The notes below the pieces were generated by a model. The model did not search any database. It worked only from the letters and a program-made list of their open reading frames with translations, and was not told the origin of the DNA. The position numbers were made by a program, and so were the translations under genes. This document shows positions 1 through 9,173 of a stretch of 64,000 nucleotides of DNA, piece by piece; within the stretch, counting starts at the first letter, position 1; every line of letters starts with the position of its first letter. Origin of the DNA: an uncultured Acidobacteriota bacterium (GTDB lineage Bacteria; Acidobacteriota; Terriglobia; Acidiferrales; UBA7541); assembly GCA_963796495.1 (NCBI GenBank), contig CAWCLU010000001.1, forward strand, positions 1,470,631 through 1,534,630. The letters are read 5' to 3'.

Positions 1-32
1 TGCCCTCATCGGCCCTCGAGGAGGCAGTTGCG

Positions 33-407
33 ATGTTTGTGATAGGAGAACGTCTCCGCACATTGCGCGAGGCGAAAGGAATGCCACAGAGTGAAATCGA
101 GCGGCGCACCGGTTTGCTGCGGTGTTACGTCTCGCGGGTGGAAAACGGGCACACGGTTCCGTCGATCGAGACCCTGGAGAAGCTGGCACGGGCGCTCGAA
201 GTGCCGCTATATCAACTATTTTACGACTTGGAGAACCCGCCCCAACTGACCAACTTGCCCGACCGGAAGACGGCGGAGGACATTGTGTCGGCGACCAATC
301 CGGAAGAGACGCGTTTTCTGCACCGGATGGCGGGCCTGCTCGAACGGTTGAGCGAGAACGACCGGCGGCTGCTGCTGCACGTGGCGCAGCGCATGGCCGA
401 CCAATAG
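33..407 (+). CDS. XRE-family helix-turn-helix transcriptional regulator
   Basis: 124-aa ORF. The N-terminus IGERLRTLREAKGMPQSEIERRTGLLRCYVSRVENGHTVPSIETLEKLARAL is a canonical Cro/C1-type HTH. Confidence 0.85.
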   Translation: MFVIGERLRTLREAKGMPQSEIERRTGLLRCYVSRVENGHTVPSIETLEKLARALEVPLYQLFYDLENPPQLTNLPDRKTAEDIVSATNPEETRFLHRMAGLLERLSENDRRLLLHVAQRMADQ

Positions 408-713
408 ACGTGCCACGGCAAGGCGGCGCGATGCCCGCGGATCGACAGTCCGCGTAGTTCGGACTCGGTATTTTCGCGGGATCGCGTTCGCGGAGCGTGA
501 AGCGATTCTGATGTCGGCGGCCAAATGGCCTGAAACGGCCTGCTCAACAGGCCCCTCTGCTTTTTTCTCTCGCGTCCTCTCCCTTCCCTGGGTTTGGCGC
601 GGCTCGGGGAGGCAACCCTGGCGCCGGCTTCCCCGGACCGGCTGGACGGAAATAATCCCCGCATCGTTTGGTTCTTTTTGAAGCTATCCTATGGACATGA
701 ATATTTCAGGGAA

Positions 714-1973
714 ATGGATACTGCTGTCCGAGGACTCCGCCCTGCGGCCGTCCGGGGCGTGGTGACCGTGGCGCGCATCGCTTCTCGCATCAGCCAACTG
801 GAAGGCGAAGGGGCCATGGCCGTCTTCGCCCGGGCACGCGAGTTGGAACGTGCCGGCCGGTCCATCATTCATCTTGAATTGGGCGAGCCTGATTTTCATC
901 CCTCGGCTCCCGTGCTCGAAGCGGCGAAACGGGCTCTCGACGCGGGCCGGGATCGCTACTGCCCGCCGGCCGGTCTGCCGGAACTTCGCGAGGCGATTGC
1001 CGAATACTTGAAGCGAACACGGGCATTGGAGACGCATTCGGATCGCGTTTTGATCGGGCCGGGGTGCAAAGCGGTGCTGTTTCTGGTCCTGCTCGCGCTG
1101 GTCGAGCCTGGCGACGAAGTGCTCTACCCCGATCCAGGCTTCCCACTTTACGCTTCCCTTACCCGCGGGCTCGGCGGCATTCCTCGGCCTTTCCGCCTGG
1201 CGGAGGCGCATCGATTCCAGGCCGATCCGGAGGAGATCGAGGCCGCGATTACGCCACGCACGCGCGTGCTTATCCTGAACTCACCGAACAATCCCACCGG
1301 CTCGGTCGATGACGAGGCGGTGCTTGCGAAGCTGGCGCGCCTGGCGATCGAGCACGACTTTTTCGTTGTCTCTGACGAAATCTATGCCCGCATCGTTTAT
1401 AACGTCACTTACCGGTCGATTGCCGGGTTTCCGGGCATGGCGGACAGGACGGTCATCGTGGACGGGTTCTCGAAAAGCTTTGCGATGACGGGATGGCGGC
1501 TGGGATATGCGGTTGCGCCGCCGGAGGTGCACGCGGCGCTCCGGATGTTGGTGGAAAATTCGTACACGTGCGCATCGGAATTCATTCAGTGGGCGGCGAT
1601 CGAGGCTTTGCAAGACACCGCCGGAGCGGTACCGGCGATGGTCGCCGAATATCGGCGGCGCCGTGAGCTTCTGGTTGGGGGCTTGAGCAAGATTCCCGGA
1701 TTCCGCTGCCGGCCGCCCGAGGGCGCTTTCTACGCGTGGGCGGATATCACCGAGACCGGCCTGAATGATCGCGCCATGGCCGAATTTCTGCTCGAAGAAG
1801 CGGGAGTTGCGGCGATACCTGGTTCCGCGTTCGGCGCCGGAGGATCGGGATTTCTGCGGTTCTCGTTTGCCGCAAATTCCGCGTCGCTCGAGCAGGCCGC
1901 CACGCGCATTCGCAATGTTTCCTCCCGATGGGCTTCGGTTCCTACCGCCAGTTCTCCAACAAGGTCGTCATGA
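714..1973 (+). CDS. PLP-dependent aminotransferase, class I/II (aspartate/aromatic type)
   Basis: ORF 594..1973. Motifs LELGEPDF, NSPNNPTG and the PLP-lysine box FSKSFAMTGWRLGY. Start placed at ATG 714, which gives a typical N-terminus; the exact start is uncertain. Confidence 0.85.
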   Translation: MDTAVRGLRPAAVRGVVTVARIASRISQLEGEGAMAVFARARELERAGRSIIHLELGEPDFHPSAPVLEAAKRALDAGRDRYCPPAGLPELREAIAEYLKRTRALETHSDRVLIGPGCKAVLFLVLLALVEPGDEVLYPDPGFPLYASLTRGLGGIPRPFRLAEAHRFQADPEEIEAAITPRTRVLILNSPNNPTGSVDDEAVLAKLARLAIEHDFFVVSDEIYARIVYNVTYRSIAGFPGMADRTVIVDGFSKSFAMTGWRLGYAVAPPEVHAALRMLVENSYTCASEFIQWAAIEALQDTAGAVPAMVAEYRRRRELLVGGLSKIPGFRCRPPEGAFYAWADITETGLNDRAMAEFLLEEAGVAAIPGSAFGAGGSGFLRFSFAANSASLEQAATRIRNVSSRWASVPTASSPTRSS

Positions 1974-3304
1974 AATTCAAACAGAGATACGTTTGGCTGA
2001 TTTTGCTGGGATGGCTCGGTTTCGCGCCGGCATTGGGCGGCCAGTCGCGACCACTTCCAGGGAGCGATGTTTCCTCGCTCTACCAAAACTTGCTCGAGCA
2101 AATCGATCGCATTCCCATCATCGACAATCACTCCCACCCCGGCTACCCGAACGATTCCGACGTCGACGCGATGGCCTTGCCGCCCAACGAATCCATCCCG
2201 TTTCGTCTGCGCGCTTCGAACCCCGAGTGGGTCGAGGCGGATAAGGCGCTCTTCGGTTATCCCTACGATGACTACTCCCCGGCGCACGTTCGCTGGCTCG
2301 ATCAGAAGAAGGCCGGGCTCGAGAAGACCTATGGCAACGAGTACTTTTCGCACATTCTCGACGAGGTCGGCATTCAGTACGTCGTCGCCAATCGCGTCGC
2401 CATGCCCGCCTATCTCGATCCGGCGCGGTTTCGCTGGGTGTTTTTCGTCGACTCGTTCTTGTTTCCGCTGAACAACCGCCGATTCATCGCGCTGAATCCC
2501 GACGAGGCCGTTTACATTCCACTCCAGGAAAAGGTGCTGCACCGCTACATGAAACAGGCCGGCATCACGGGCCTGCCCGCCACGCTCTCCGGCTATGAAG
2601 CCTTCATTCGCCGAATTGTGGAAGAAAACAAGAAGCGCGGCGCGCTCGGCATGAAATTCGAAGCTGCCTATTTCCGCTCGCTGCATTTTTCCGATCCGCC
2701 GCGGGCCCGCGCGCTGGCCATCTACGAGAAGTACCGCTCGGGCGGAGTGCCTTCCGCGGAGGAGTATCGCGTTTTTCAGGATTACATTTTCCGGTACCTG
2801 ATCGCGCAGGCGGGGCGCGTGCACCTCACCGTTCATTTCCACACGGCGGTCGGCGTGGGCGACTATTTCAATCTCACGACCGGCAACGTGATGAATCTCG
2901 AGAACGTGCTGCGCGACCCGCGCTACCGCGACGTAACGTTCGTCCTGCTGCACGGCGGCTACCCGCTCGAGCGCGAGGCCATCTGGCTGGCCGCCTTGCC
3001 CAACGTCTATCTCGATTCCTCGCTGATGGAACTCTATATGTATCCGTGGCAGTTCCGGCGCTCGCTGCGCGAGTGGCTCGAGCTGTATCCGGACAAGATA
3101 ATGTTCGGCTCCGATGCCTTTCCGTTCGGTGGGGGGCTCGGCGCGGAGGAAGTCTATTGGCTCGCGGTGCAGTCGGTCCGAACCGCTCTGGCGGCCGACC
3201 TGGCGGATATGGTTTCCGAGGGTGAGGTGAACGAGGCTCAGGCTCTCGAACTCGCCCGCGGCTACCTGCACGACAATGCCGCGCGCCTCTATGGGCTCCA
3301 TTAG
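1970..3304 (+). CDS. amidohydrolase-family (Amidohydro_2-like) metal-dependent hydrolase, secreted
   Basis: ORF 1928..3304. Start at ATG 1970 (MKFKQRYVWLILLGWLGF.. signal-like) overlaps the upstream stop as ATGA. Motifs IIDNHSHPG, HFHTAVG and GSDAFPF are typical of the family. Confidence 0.8.
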   Translation: MKFKQRYVWLILLGWLGFAPALGGQSRPLPGSDVSSLYQNLLEQIDRIPIIDNHSHPGYPNDSDVDAMALPPNESIPFRLRASNPEWVEADKALFGYPYDDYSPAHVRWLDQKKAGLEKTYGNEYFSHILDEVGIQYVVANRVAMPAYLDPARFRWVFFVDSFLFPLNNRRFIALNPDEAVYIPLQEKVLHRYMKQAGITGLPATLSGYEAFIRRIVEENKKRGALGMKFEAAYFRSLHFSDPPRARALAIYEKYRSGGVPSAEEYRVFQDYIFRYLIAQAGRVHLTVHFHTAVGVGDYFNLTTGNVMNLENVLRDPRYRDVTFVLLHGGYPLEREAIWLAALPNVYLDSSLMELYMYPWQFRRSLREWLELYPDKIMFGSDAFPFGGGLGAEEVYWLAVQSVRTALAADLADMVSEGEVNEAQALELARGYLHDNAARLYGLH

Positions 3305-3451
3305 ACCGCGCTTCTGAGATCCCGCCGAAACGCCGCTCGCCTGTGGGCGCTCCCAGGCGGCCCTGGCCCGTGCTAGGCTGAGAAGCGTGAGGGGCCATGC
3401 AGGGACGGCGCGTGCGCGTGGATCCGCCCGGCAAGCCAGGGAGTGCGCGAG

Positions 3452-5512
3452 ATGGACGACGGCTCCTTTTTCAATCTCTACCGGCACAATTTCGCGCGGG
3501 TGGCCGTTGCGATTCCAGAAGTGCGCGTTGCCGATCCCGGCTTCAACGCTACGCAGACCATCTCTCTGATCGAGCAGGCCGCTGAACGGAAGACGCTGCT
3601 GGTGGTATTCCCGGAGTTGGGGCTCTCGGCGTATTCGTGCGAGGACCTGTTTCAGCAGCAGGCGCTGCTCGATGCGAGCCACGAGGCGCTCGGCAGAATC
3701 CTCGATGCTTCGCGCCAATTCCCTGTTGTCGCGGTCGTTGGGTTGCCGCTGGTTTTCGACAACATGCTCTTCAATTGCGCGGCTGTGGTGCATGGCGGGC
3801 GGCTGCTGGGGCTTGTGCCGAAGAGCTACCTGCCGAATTACCGGGAGTTTTACGAGATGAGGCAATTTGCGCCGGCGGATCATCGGCTGCGCGATGAAGT
3901 CGATCTCGCAGGCCAGCAGGGCGTGCCGTTTGGAACTCGGCTGCTGTTCCAGGCGGAAGACCAGCCGCTTTTCACCTTTTTTATCGAGATCTGCGAAGAC
4001 CTTTGGGTGCCGATTCCGCCTTCGTCCTACGCCTCGCTGGCCGGAGCAACCGTACTCATCAACCAGTCGGCTTCGAACGCCACGATTGGGAAAGAGGATT
4101 TTCGGCGGCTGCTGGTCGCCAGCCAATCGGGGCGCGCGATTGCGGGCTATCTCTACTGCGCGGCCGGGCCCGGCGAATCGACCACCGATCTCGCCTGGGA
4201 CGGGCACGGGCTCATCTACGAAAACGCGACGCGGATTGCCGAATCGGAGCGTTTCCGCTATGGCTCGCAGCTTGTGACGGGCGATATCGATCTCGACCGG
4301 CTGTCGCAGGATCGCATGCGACAGAACAGTTTTCACGAAGCGATCCGCATTCATCGCGACGAGCTGGAGTGCTTTCGCACGATTCGCTTTGCCGCGCGCC
4401 CGCCCGTCGCGGAGCGGCTTCCGCTCGAGCGAGCGTACGAGCGATTTCCTTACGTGCCATCGGTGCCCGCTCGACGCGACGAGCGCTGCCGCGAAGTCTA
4501 TGAAATCCAGGTGCAGGGATTGGTCAAGCGTCTGCAATCGACTGGATTGCAGAAAGTCGTAATCGGAGTTTCTGGCGGGCTCGATTCGACGCAGGCGCTG
4601 CTCGTCTGCGCCCGCGCCATGGATGTGCTCGATCTGCCTCGCCGGAACATCCTCGGCATCACGATGCCCGGTTTCGCGACTACCACGCGCACGCTCGGCC
4701 AGGCGCATCGGCTGATGGCCGCGGTCGGCTGCGAGGACCGGGAAATCGACATTCGGCCCAGCTGCATGCAAATGCTGAAGGATATTGGCCATCCGTACGC
4801 CGCGGGACAGCCCGTATTCGATATCACTTTTGAAAACGTGCAGGCGGGCGAGCGGACGAGCCATCTGTTTCGCCTGGCGAATCTGAATGGGGCGCTGGTC
4901 GTGGGCACGAGCGATTTGAGTGAACTCGCGCTCGGCTACTGCACTTACGGCGTCGGGGATCAGATGGCGCATTACCACGTGAATGCCAGCGTGCCGAAAA
5001 CGCTGGTGCAGTATCTGATCGGCTGGGTGGCGCGAACGGGGCAACTGGGGCCGGAAGGCAGCGGCGTTCTCGACGAAGTGCTGGCGACGAGCATCAGTCC
5101 GGAACTTGTGCCTGGCGAGGCCGGCGAGCAACCCGCACAGCGCGCCGAGGAACTCATCGGGCCTTACGAGCTGCAGGATTTTCATCTCTACTACATCCTG
5201 CGCTTCGGCTACGCGCCGCCGAAAGTGGCGTTCCTCGCGTGGTCCGCCTGGCACGACCGCGAACGCGGCAGTTGGCCCGACACTCCGGAATTGAAGGGGC
5301 GCCAGTACAGCATCGGCGAAATCAAGCGGTGGCTGGGCATCTTCCTCGAACGCTACTTCCATTTCAGCCAGTTCAAGCGCAGCGCGATTCCGAACGCGCC
5401 GAAAGTGGGCTCGGGCGGGTCGCTTTCGCCGCGCGGCGATTACCGCGCACCGAGCGACTCCGAGGCCACGGCGTGGCTGGCGCAGCTTGGTCAAATCCCC
5501 GATGCGGAATGA
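3452..5512 (+). CDS. nadE: glutamine-dependent NAD+ synthetase (long form, CN-hydrolase plus synthetase domains)
   Basis: About 686 aa. N-terminal nitrilase-like domain ([24 protein letters not shown]) and C-terminal NAD synthase domain ([15 protein letters not shown]). ATG 3452 is preferred over GTG 3443 because of its spacing to AGGGAG. Confidence 0.92.
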   Translation: MDDGSFFNLYRHNFARVAVAIPEVRVADPGFNATQTISLIEQAAERKTLLVVFPELGLSAYSCEDLFQQQALLDASHEALGRILDASRQFPVVAVVGLPLVFDNMLFNCAAVVHGGRLLGLVPKSYLPNYREFYEMRQFAPADHRLRDEVDLAGQQGVPFGTRLLFQAEDQPLFTFFIEICEDLWVPIPPSSYASLAGATVLINQSASNATIGKEDFRRLLVASQSGRAIAGYLYCAAGPGESTTDLAWDGHGLIYENATRIAESERFRYGSQLVTGDIDLDRLSQDRMRQNSFHEAIRIHRDELECFRTIRFAARPPVAERLPLERAYERFPYVPSVPARRDERCREVYEIQVQGLVKRLQSTGLQKVVIGVSGGLDSTQALLVCARAMDVLDLPRRNILGITMPGFATTTRTLGQAHRLMAAVGCEDREIDIRPSCMQMLKDIGHPYAAGQPVFDITFENVQAGERTSHLFRLANLNGALVVGTSDLSELALGYCTYGVGDQMAHYHVNASVPKTLVQYLIGWVARTGQLGPEGSGVLDEVLATSISPELVPGEAGEQPAQRAEELIGPYELQDFHLYYILRFGYAPPKVAFLAWSAWHDRERGSWPDTPELKGRQYSIGEIKRWLGIFLERYFHFSQFKRSAIPNAPKVGSGGSLSPRGDYRAPSDSEATAWLAQLGQIPDAE

Positions 5513-5546
5513 GTGCCCAGTGACCGGTCTCTGGCGGGAGAAAAGA

Positions 5547-5564
5547 GCACAGCCAGGATTGTGT
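5547..5564. repeat. left half of the REP-like hairpin split by the IS
   Basis: GCACAGCCAGGATTGTGT. It pairs with 6865..6882 (ACACAGGATTGGCTGTGC): a 9-bp outer stem plus a 5-bp inner stem. Confidence 0.6.
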
Positions 5565-5575
5565 CAAGTTCCAGG

Positions 5576-5613
5576 ACATCCTTTACAGAGTGTTATCAGG
5601 ACATTCTTTACAC
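5576..5613. repeat. left terminal inverted repeat of the IS
   Basis: GACATCCTTTACAGAGTGTTATCAGGACATTCTTTACAC. Its reverse complement recurs at 6816..6854 with a few mismatches. Confidence 0.85.
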
Positions 5614-6765
5614 TTGCGGGTCAGTGTCGCTCAGCCAGCGGTCCACCGCGGTGGACCGCTGGCTGAGCGGGTCGAGCTCGCGGACCAGGCTGCGGCAGTA
5701 GTAGACCAGGATCCGTCCTTCGACCCGGATCAGTTCCACCCATTCGCCGGCCAGGGCCCGGCTGATGTCCCAGCGGCGGCCCTCGAGGCAGAGCTGACCC
5801 TCAGCCTGCAACTTGCGCACCTCGGCTCCCGCGTCGTATTCCCAGGCCGGCGGATTCGGCTGATACCGTTTCGTGCTCTTGCTCCACACCGAAGCCGGGG
5901 TCCGCATGCCCAGCGCTTCATGGGGACGCACGTGGTTGTATTCCTGCCGGAACGCGTCCAGCCACACCTGGCGCTGCTCGCCGACCGGCACGCCGCGCCG
6001 CCGCATCGCCGCTTCCAGCGTTCCATGGAAACGCTCCACCTTCCCTTGCGTCTGCGGATGCCGATAGCCGCTGAAGTGCATCCGAATGCCCTGCTTCATC
6101 AGCCACACCGTCAGCCAGGTCCAACCCGTCGCCGCCCGCATGTTCCACCACGGCGTGCCGTGATCCATCAGCATCGCCTCCGGCACGCCGGACTGCGTGA
6201 ACACCGCTTCCAGACACTCGCGCACCGCATCGGCTCGCGTCGACCAGGTCCCGGTGAGCGTCACGGCGTAGCGGCTGTGATCGTCGAGCAGCGAGAGCGG
6301 GCCGACCGGCGCGTCCCAGCCCACCGGGCTCTTGAAATCCATCTGCCAGAGCTGGTTCGGCGCGCCGCGCTCGAACCGCTTCGTCGCCGCGCGATGCCGG
6401 TCCTGCGGCCGCACCAGATCATGGCGATGCAGAATCCGCTGCACCGTGATCACCGGCAGGTCCACGCCCTCGCCCGCCAACAGATGCCGCAGCTTGCGCG
6501 CTCCCCAGTCGGGCCGCTGCTCGCGCAGTTCGACAACGCGCTGCTCGATCCCCACCGGCGTCCGCGCCGGACTGTGGCGCGGACGCCGGCTCCGCTCGGC
6601 CATGGCGACCAGCCCGCCCTCCTGATAGCGCCGCAGCCAGACGTAGCCGGTTGGCCGCGAGATCTCGAACTCCCGGCACAGTGCCTGCATCGTCTTCTCG
6701 CGCCGGCTGGCGCAAACCACAAACCGCATCCGCTGCTCGTCTACGTCCACGGTCCCCCAAGCCAT
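5608..6765 (-). CDS. IS481-family transposase (HTH plus integrase-core/rve domain)
   Basis: 385 aa. N-terminal HTH (MQALCREFEISRPTGYVWLRRYQEGG, RSRRPRHSP). Catalytic core has WQMDFK ... LLDDHSRYAV ... MLMDHGTPWW ... HPQTQGKVERFH. Confidence 0.9.
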   Translation of the reverse strand: MAWGTVDVDEQRMRFVVCASRREKTMQALCREFEISRPTGYVWLRRYQEGGLVAMAERSRRPRHSPARTPVGIEQRVVELREQRPDWGARKLRHLLAGEGVDLPVITVQRILHRHDLVRPQDRHRAATKRFERGAPNQLWQMDFKSPVGWDAPVGPLSLLDDHSRYAVTLTGTWSTRADAVRECLEAVFTQSGVPEAMLMDHGTPWWNMRAATGWTWLTVWLMKQGIRMHFSGYRHPQTQGKVERFHGTLEAAMRRRGVPVGEQRQVWLDAFRQEYNHVRPHEALGMRTPASVWSKSTKRYQPNPPAWEYDAGAEVRKLQAEGQLCLEGRRWDISRALAGEWVELIRVEGRILVYYCRSLVRELDPLSQRSTAVDRWLSDTDPQV

Positions 6766-6815
6766 CCTCGCCCCCGTCCGAGGGCGGTCACCGCCCTCGT
6801 CACAAACCGGGGCGA

Positions 6816-6854
6816 GTGTAAAGGATGTCCTGATAACACCGTGTAAAGGATGTC
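6816..6854. repeat. right terminal inverted repeat of the IS
   Basis: GTGTAAAGGATGTCCTGATAACACCGTGTAAAGGATGTC, inverted copy of 5576..5613. Confidence 0.85.
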
Positions 6855-6864
6855 ATGAGTCTGA

Positions 6865-6882
6865 ACACAGGATTGGCTGTGC
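6865..6882. repeat. right half of the REP-like hairpin split by the IS
   Basis: ACACAGGATTGGCTGTGC, followed by CACC as in other GGTGGCACAG-type units. Confidence 0.6.
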
Positions 6883-6918
6883 CACCCAGCGAGTTATCTG
6901 AGTTCCGCGCCCTCTCCG

Positions 6919-6949
6919 CTTTCTCGGCGTTCTCTGCGCCTCTGCGGTG
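6919..6949 (-). repeat. REP family D copy (yACCGCAGAGrCGCnGAGrnCGCyGAGAAAG)
   Basis: The reverse complement reads CACCGCAGAGGCGCAGAGAACGCCGAGAAAG. Confidence 0.7.
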
Positions 6950-6968
6950 AGGCCTTCATCTTTGCAGC

Positions 6969-7721
6969 TCAACTCGAAGCGATCACGCTCTCGATAAAAC
7001 GCCGCATTCGCCAATAGTGAAAGCCTTTCCAGTAGATCTGCCCGCACCCAGGACAAAGGAGAAATTCATCGTAGTGTTTGCTGGTTTCCGGCGGAAGGCG
7101 ATCGGCGACCGACTCCTTCGTGGCGGGCTGCAGGATGGCGTTGCAATGAAGGCAGCGCCGGAATGGCTGCATCCTCGGGACCAGATCGAATCGTCGCAGC
7201 ACTTCGACCAGCTGCCTCATCGGATCCGTCGTGTGAACGAAGTAACCACGCGTGACGATGTTTCGCTTGAGGAGCCCGCGGTCACGCGTCAACACAATCC
7301 GCTGCTCGTCCGCGGAAATGGCGGCCAGTTCCTCATCGCCGGCATCCCGCCGATACCAGGTATCGAAGCCGAGCATGCGGAGGTAAGCGGCGAGCCGGCC
7401 CAGGTGCGCGTCGGCGACAAAACGGAATTCCGCCGGCGGCTCCGGCCGCAGAGGGTTGAGGAGTGAAATGTCCAGCGATCGGAACGGAGGATAGACGCTG
7501 ATCCGGTCGCCATCCTGCACGCGATAGGCGAAATTCACCGGCTCGCCATTCACCAGGATCAATTCCACTTCCGTGTGCGGCACGCCAAGCGATTCGATCA
7601 GGTCTTTCACCGATCCGCTGACGTAAAAGGAGCAGGTGCTGGCGCGCGCCCGTCTCTCGAGCGCCAGAAAATCGTTCAGCGCCGCGTAGAACCGAACCTG
7701 GGCATGCTTCATCGTGGACAC
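6969..7721 (-). CDS. Mut7-C RNase-domain protein with N-terminal ubiquitin-like (beta-grasp) domain and C-terminal zinc ribbon
   Basis: 250 aa. N-terminus VRFYAALNDFL...SVKDLIESLGVPHTEVELILVNGEPV is ThiS/MoaD-like. The middle FVADAHLGRLAAYLRMLGFDT ... IVLTRDRGLL is PIN-like Mut7-C. The C-terminus has CLHCN...CPGCG. Confidence 0.8.
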   Translation of the reverse strand: MSTMKHAQVRFYAALNDFLALERRARASTCSFYVSGSVKDLIESLGVPHTEVELILVNGEPVNFAYRVQDGDRISVYPPFRSLDISLLNPLRPEPPAEFRFVADAHLGRLAAYLRMLGFDTWYRRDAGDEELAAISADEQRIVLTRDRGLLKRNIVTRGYFVHTTDPMRQLVEVLRRFDLVPRMQPFRRCLHCNAILQPATKESVADRLPPETSKHYDEFLLCPGCGQIYWKGFHYWRMRRFIESVIASS

Positions 7722-8001
7722 GCCTACGAGCGGGAATTTCGCCTGGCTCCATCTTAACGAAAAACCACATGTTCCGAAGGGCTTCGGAGCGGGGTTGAAG
7801 TGTTACTTGAAGTGCAGAAGCACGTACTCCTAGGCATGGGGTGCGAAAGTTCTAGTCAGGTACTCGCCAGCTATTAGGAGTGAGGAGTGTATTTACCGCA
7901 CCGGCACTTATTCCGGATGCGGCCATGGAGCATCCTGTCCGTAGATTCCGGGCACCGCGACAGCCGCAAAAACCAACTTGCTGCCAGGAAAGGACACCGC
8001 G

Positions 8002-8469
8002 ATGAGCCGGCGTCTTTCGGCGAAGATTTCTTCGGGTTCAAGGCATATCGCCAAAGAACGGGCGCTTTCCCGTCAACCCGAAATTATCGAACTCAAGCAA
8101 CTGGTCTCGGACATTCGAGTGCGGTTGTCCCGACTATCCGAGACGTATGGTGAGCCAATGAGCTTTCGCTTCCAGCAACGTTATGCGCGTCCCCGTTCGT
8201 ATCGCTCTCCAGCCCGCGTCGAGGCTGAGGCCCTCTTTCACATGGTCCAGGCCGGGCGGGATTCCGTCGACAATGTCCGGGCGCTGATCGCCGTTCCGTC
8301 GAATCTCGAGGCGTACGTGCGGGATATCAACTTTCCCAATCCCGGCGAGCAGAAGAAATTGCTCGCTTCGCTGAAATTTCGGAAGCAGGTGATGAAGGAA
8401 TTCGACGATCTGGTCGTGGGAGAGCGGATGGCTGCCGTGGCGGCGGGCGCCGGCTCGGGCAACTCCTGA
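8002..8469 (+). CDS. hypothetical protein
   Basis: ORF 7978..8469. ATG 8002 is preceded by GGAAAGGA. Composition looks coding and GC is lower than in the neighbours. No recognisable motif. Confidence 0.5.
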   Translation: MSRRLSAKISSGSRHIAKERALSRQPEIIELKQLVSDIRVRLSRLSETYGEPMSFRFQQRYARPRSYRSPARVEAEALFHMVQAGRDSVDNVRALIAVPSNLEAYVRDINFPNPGEQKKLLASLKFRKQVMKEFDDLVVGERMAAVAAGAGSGNS

Positions 8470-8556
8470 GCGGCGCCCGCTTCACGAGCTAGACATGGGA
8501 TTGCGGCGACGATCGAGAGCTACGTCTCCCGGAGGGAGTATTCTCCAGTCACAATC

Positions 8557-8582
8557 GCACGGGTAGGAGTGCCCGTGCCACC
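8557..8582. repeat. REP family B palindrome (GCACGGGnA..TGCCCGTGCCAC)
   Basis: GCACGGGTAGGAGTGCCCGTGCCACC. The arms GCACGGG/CCCGTGC are self-complementary. Confidence 0.65.
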
Positions 8583-8603
8583 ACCTGGCGCCTGATTCGC
8601 GCG

Positions 8604-8876
8604 CTAACCTGCCAAATCCTTCTCGACGTGGAATATCATCGGATCGATCACGCCGTGGGCCTGCTTGCCTGCAGCGACCTCAGGCGAGTTGATCGCCGCC
8701 TGCAATTTCGCCATATCGTGAACGTCAACGAGCACGGCGACATTGTTGCTGCCGTCGGCGGCGAGGTATTCGACTGCATTCGATCCCCAAGGCGCGAAGA
8801 TCGCGACTCTTTCCGCATGCTTGCTTGCCCAATCGGCCCGATCGCGGACGGCGTGAGTGACTACGACTCGTGGCAT
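8604..8876 (-). CDS. hypothetical small protein (about 90 aa)
   Basis: ORF 8604..8948. The internal start MPRVVVTHAVRDRADW.. at 8876 is more plausible. No recognisable motif. Confidence 0.45.
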   Translation of the reverse strand: MPRVVVTHAVRDRADWASKHAERVAIFAPWGSNAVEYLAADGSNNVAVLVDVHDMAKLQAAINSPEVAAGKQAHGVIDPMIFHVEKDLAG

Positions 8877-9173
8877 GGCTTCTCCTTTAATCAGTTTTTT
8901 TCGAATGCCGAATTTCGAGTGGCAGAGAGCATACGCCTGACAGGGCATGATGGCAAGGCGATCGGTTCGCGGTTAAGAAGCCGGAGAAATCGAAAAAGCG
9001 GGGGAATTCACTCGCTCCGTGCCCGCGCGCCCCAGGCGCAACGCTTCCTCTCTGAGAAACAGCTTCGCCCACCCGAACGCTGCGACTTCGCACACAACGC
9101 CTGCACCAGGTAGTCCGCGCGACCGTATGATCGCGCGGACTGCCTTTTCGTTGTTGTTAGGTGCAGAAGGTTT

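Larger units (their letters stand above)
5573..6857 (-). mobile_element. IS481-family insertion sequence (about 1.28 kb, single transposase ORF)
   Basis: Imperfect terminal inverted repeats of about 38-40 bp (5576..5613 versus 6816..6854) bracket a DDE/rve transposase gene. No clear target-site duplication was identified. Confidence 0.85.

Noticed and set aside
1730-5494. 1254-aa ORF on the minus strand, the longest in the track
   Set aside because: It runs antisense to the amidohydrolase gene and nadE, both of which have clear family motifs. Its translation is Arg/Ala/Gly/Pro-rich with no recognisable domain. This is a typical shadow ORF of high-GC DNA.
5560-6870. Target-site duplication flanking the IS
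   Set aside because: No direct repeat of 3 bp or more could be aligned at either the outer (5573/6857) or the inner (5591/6838) candidate termini, so the boundaries are left approximate.
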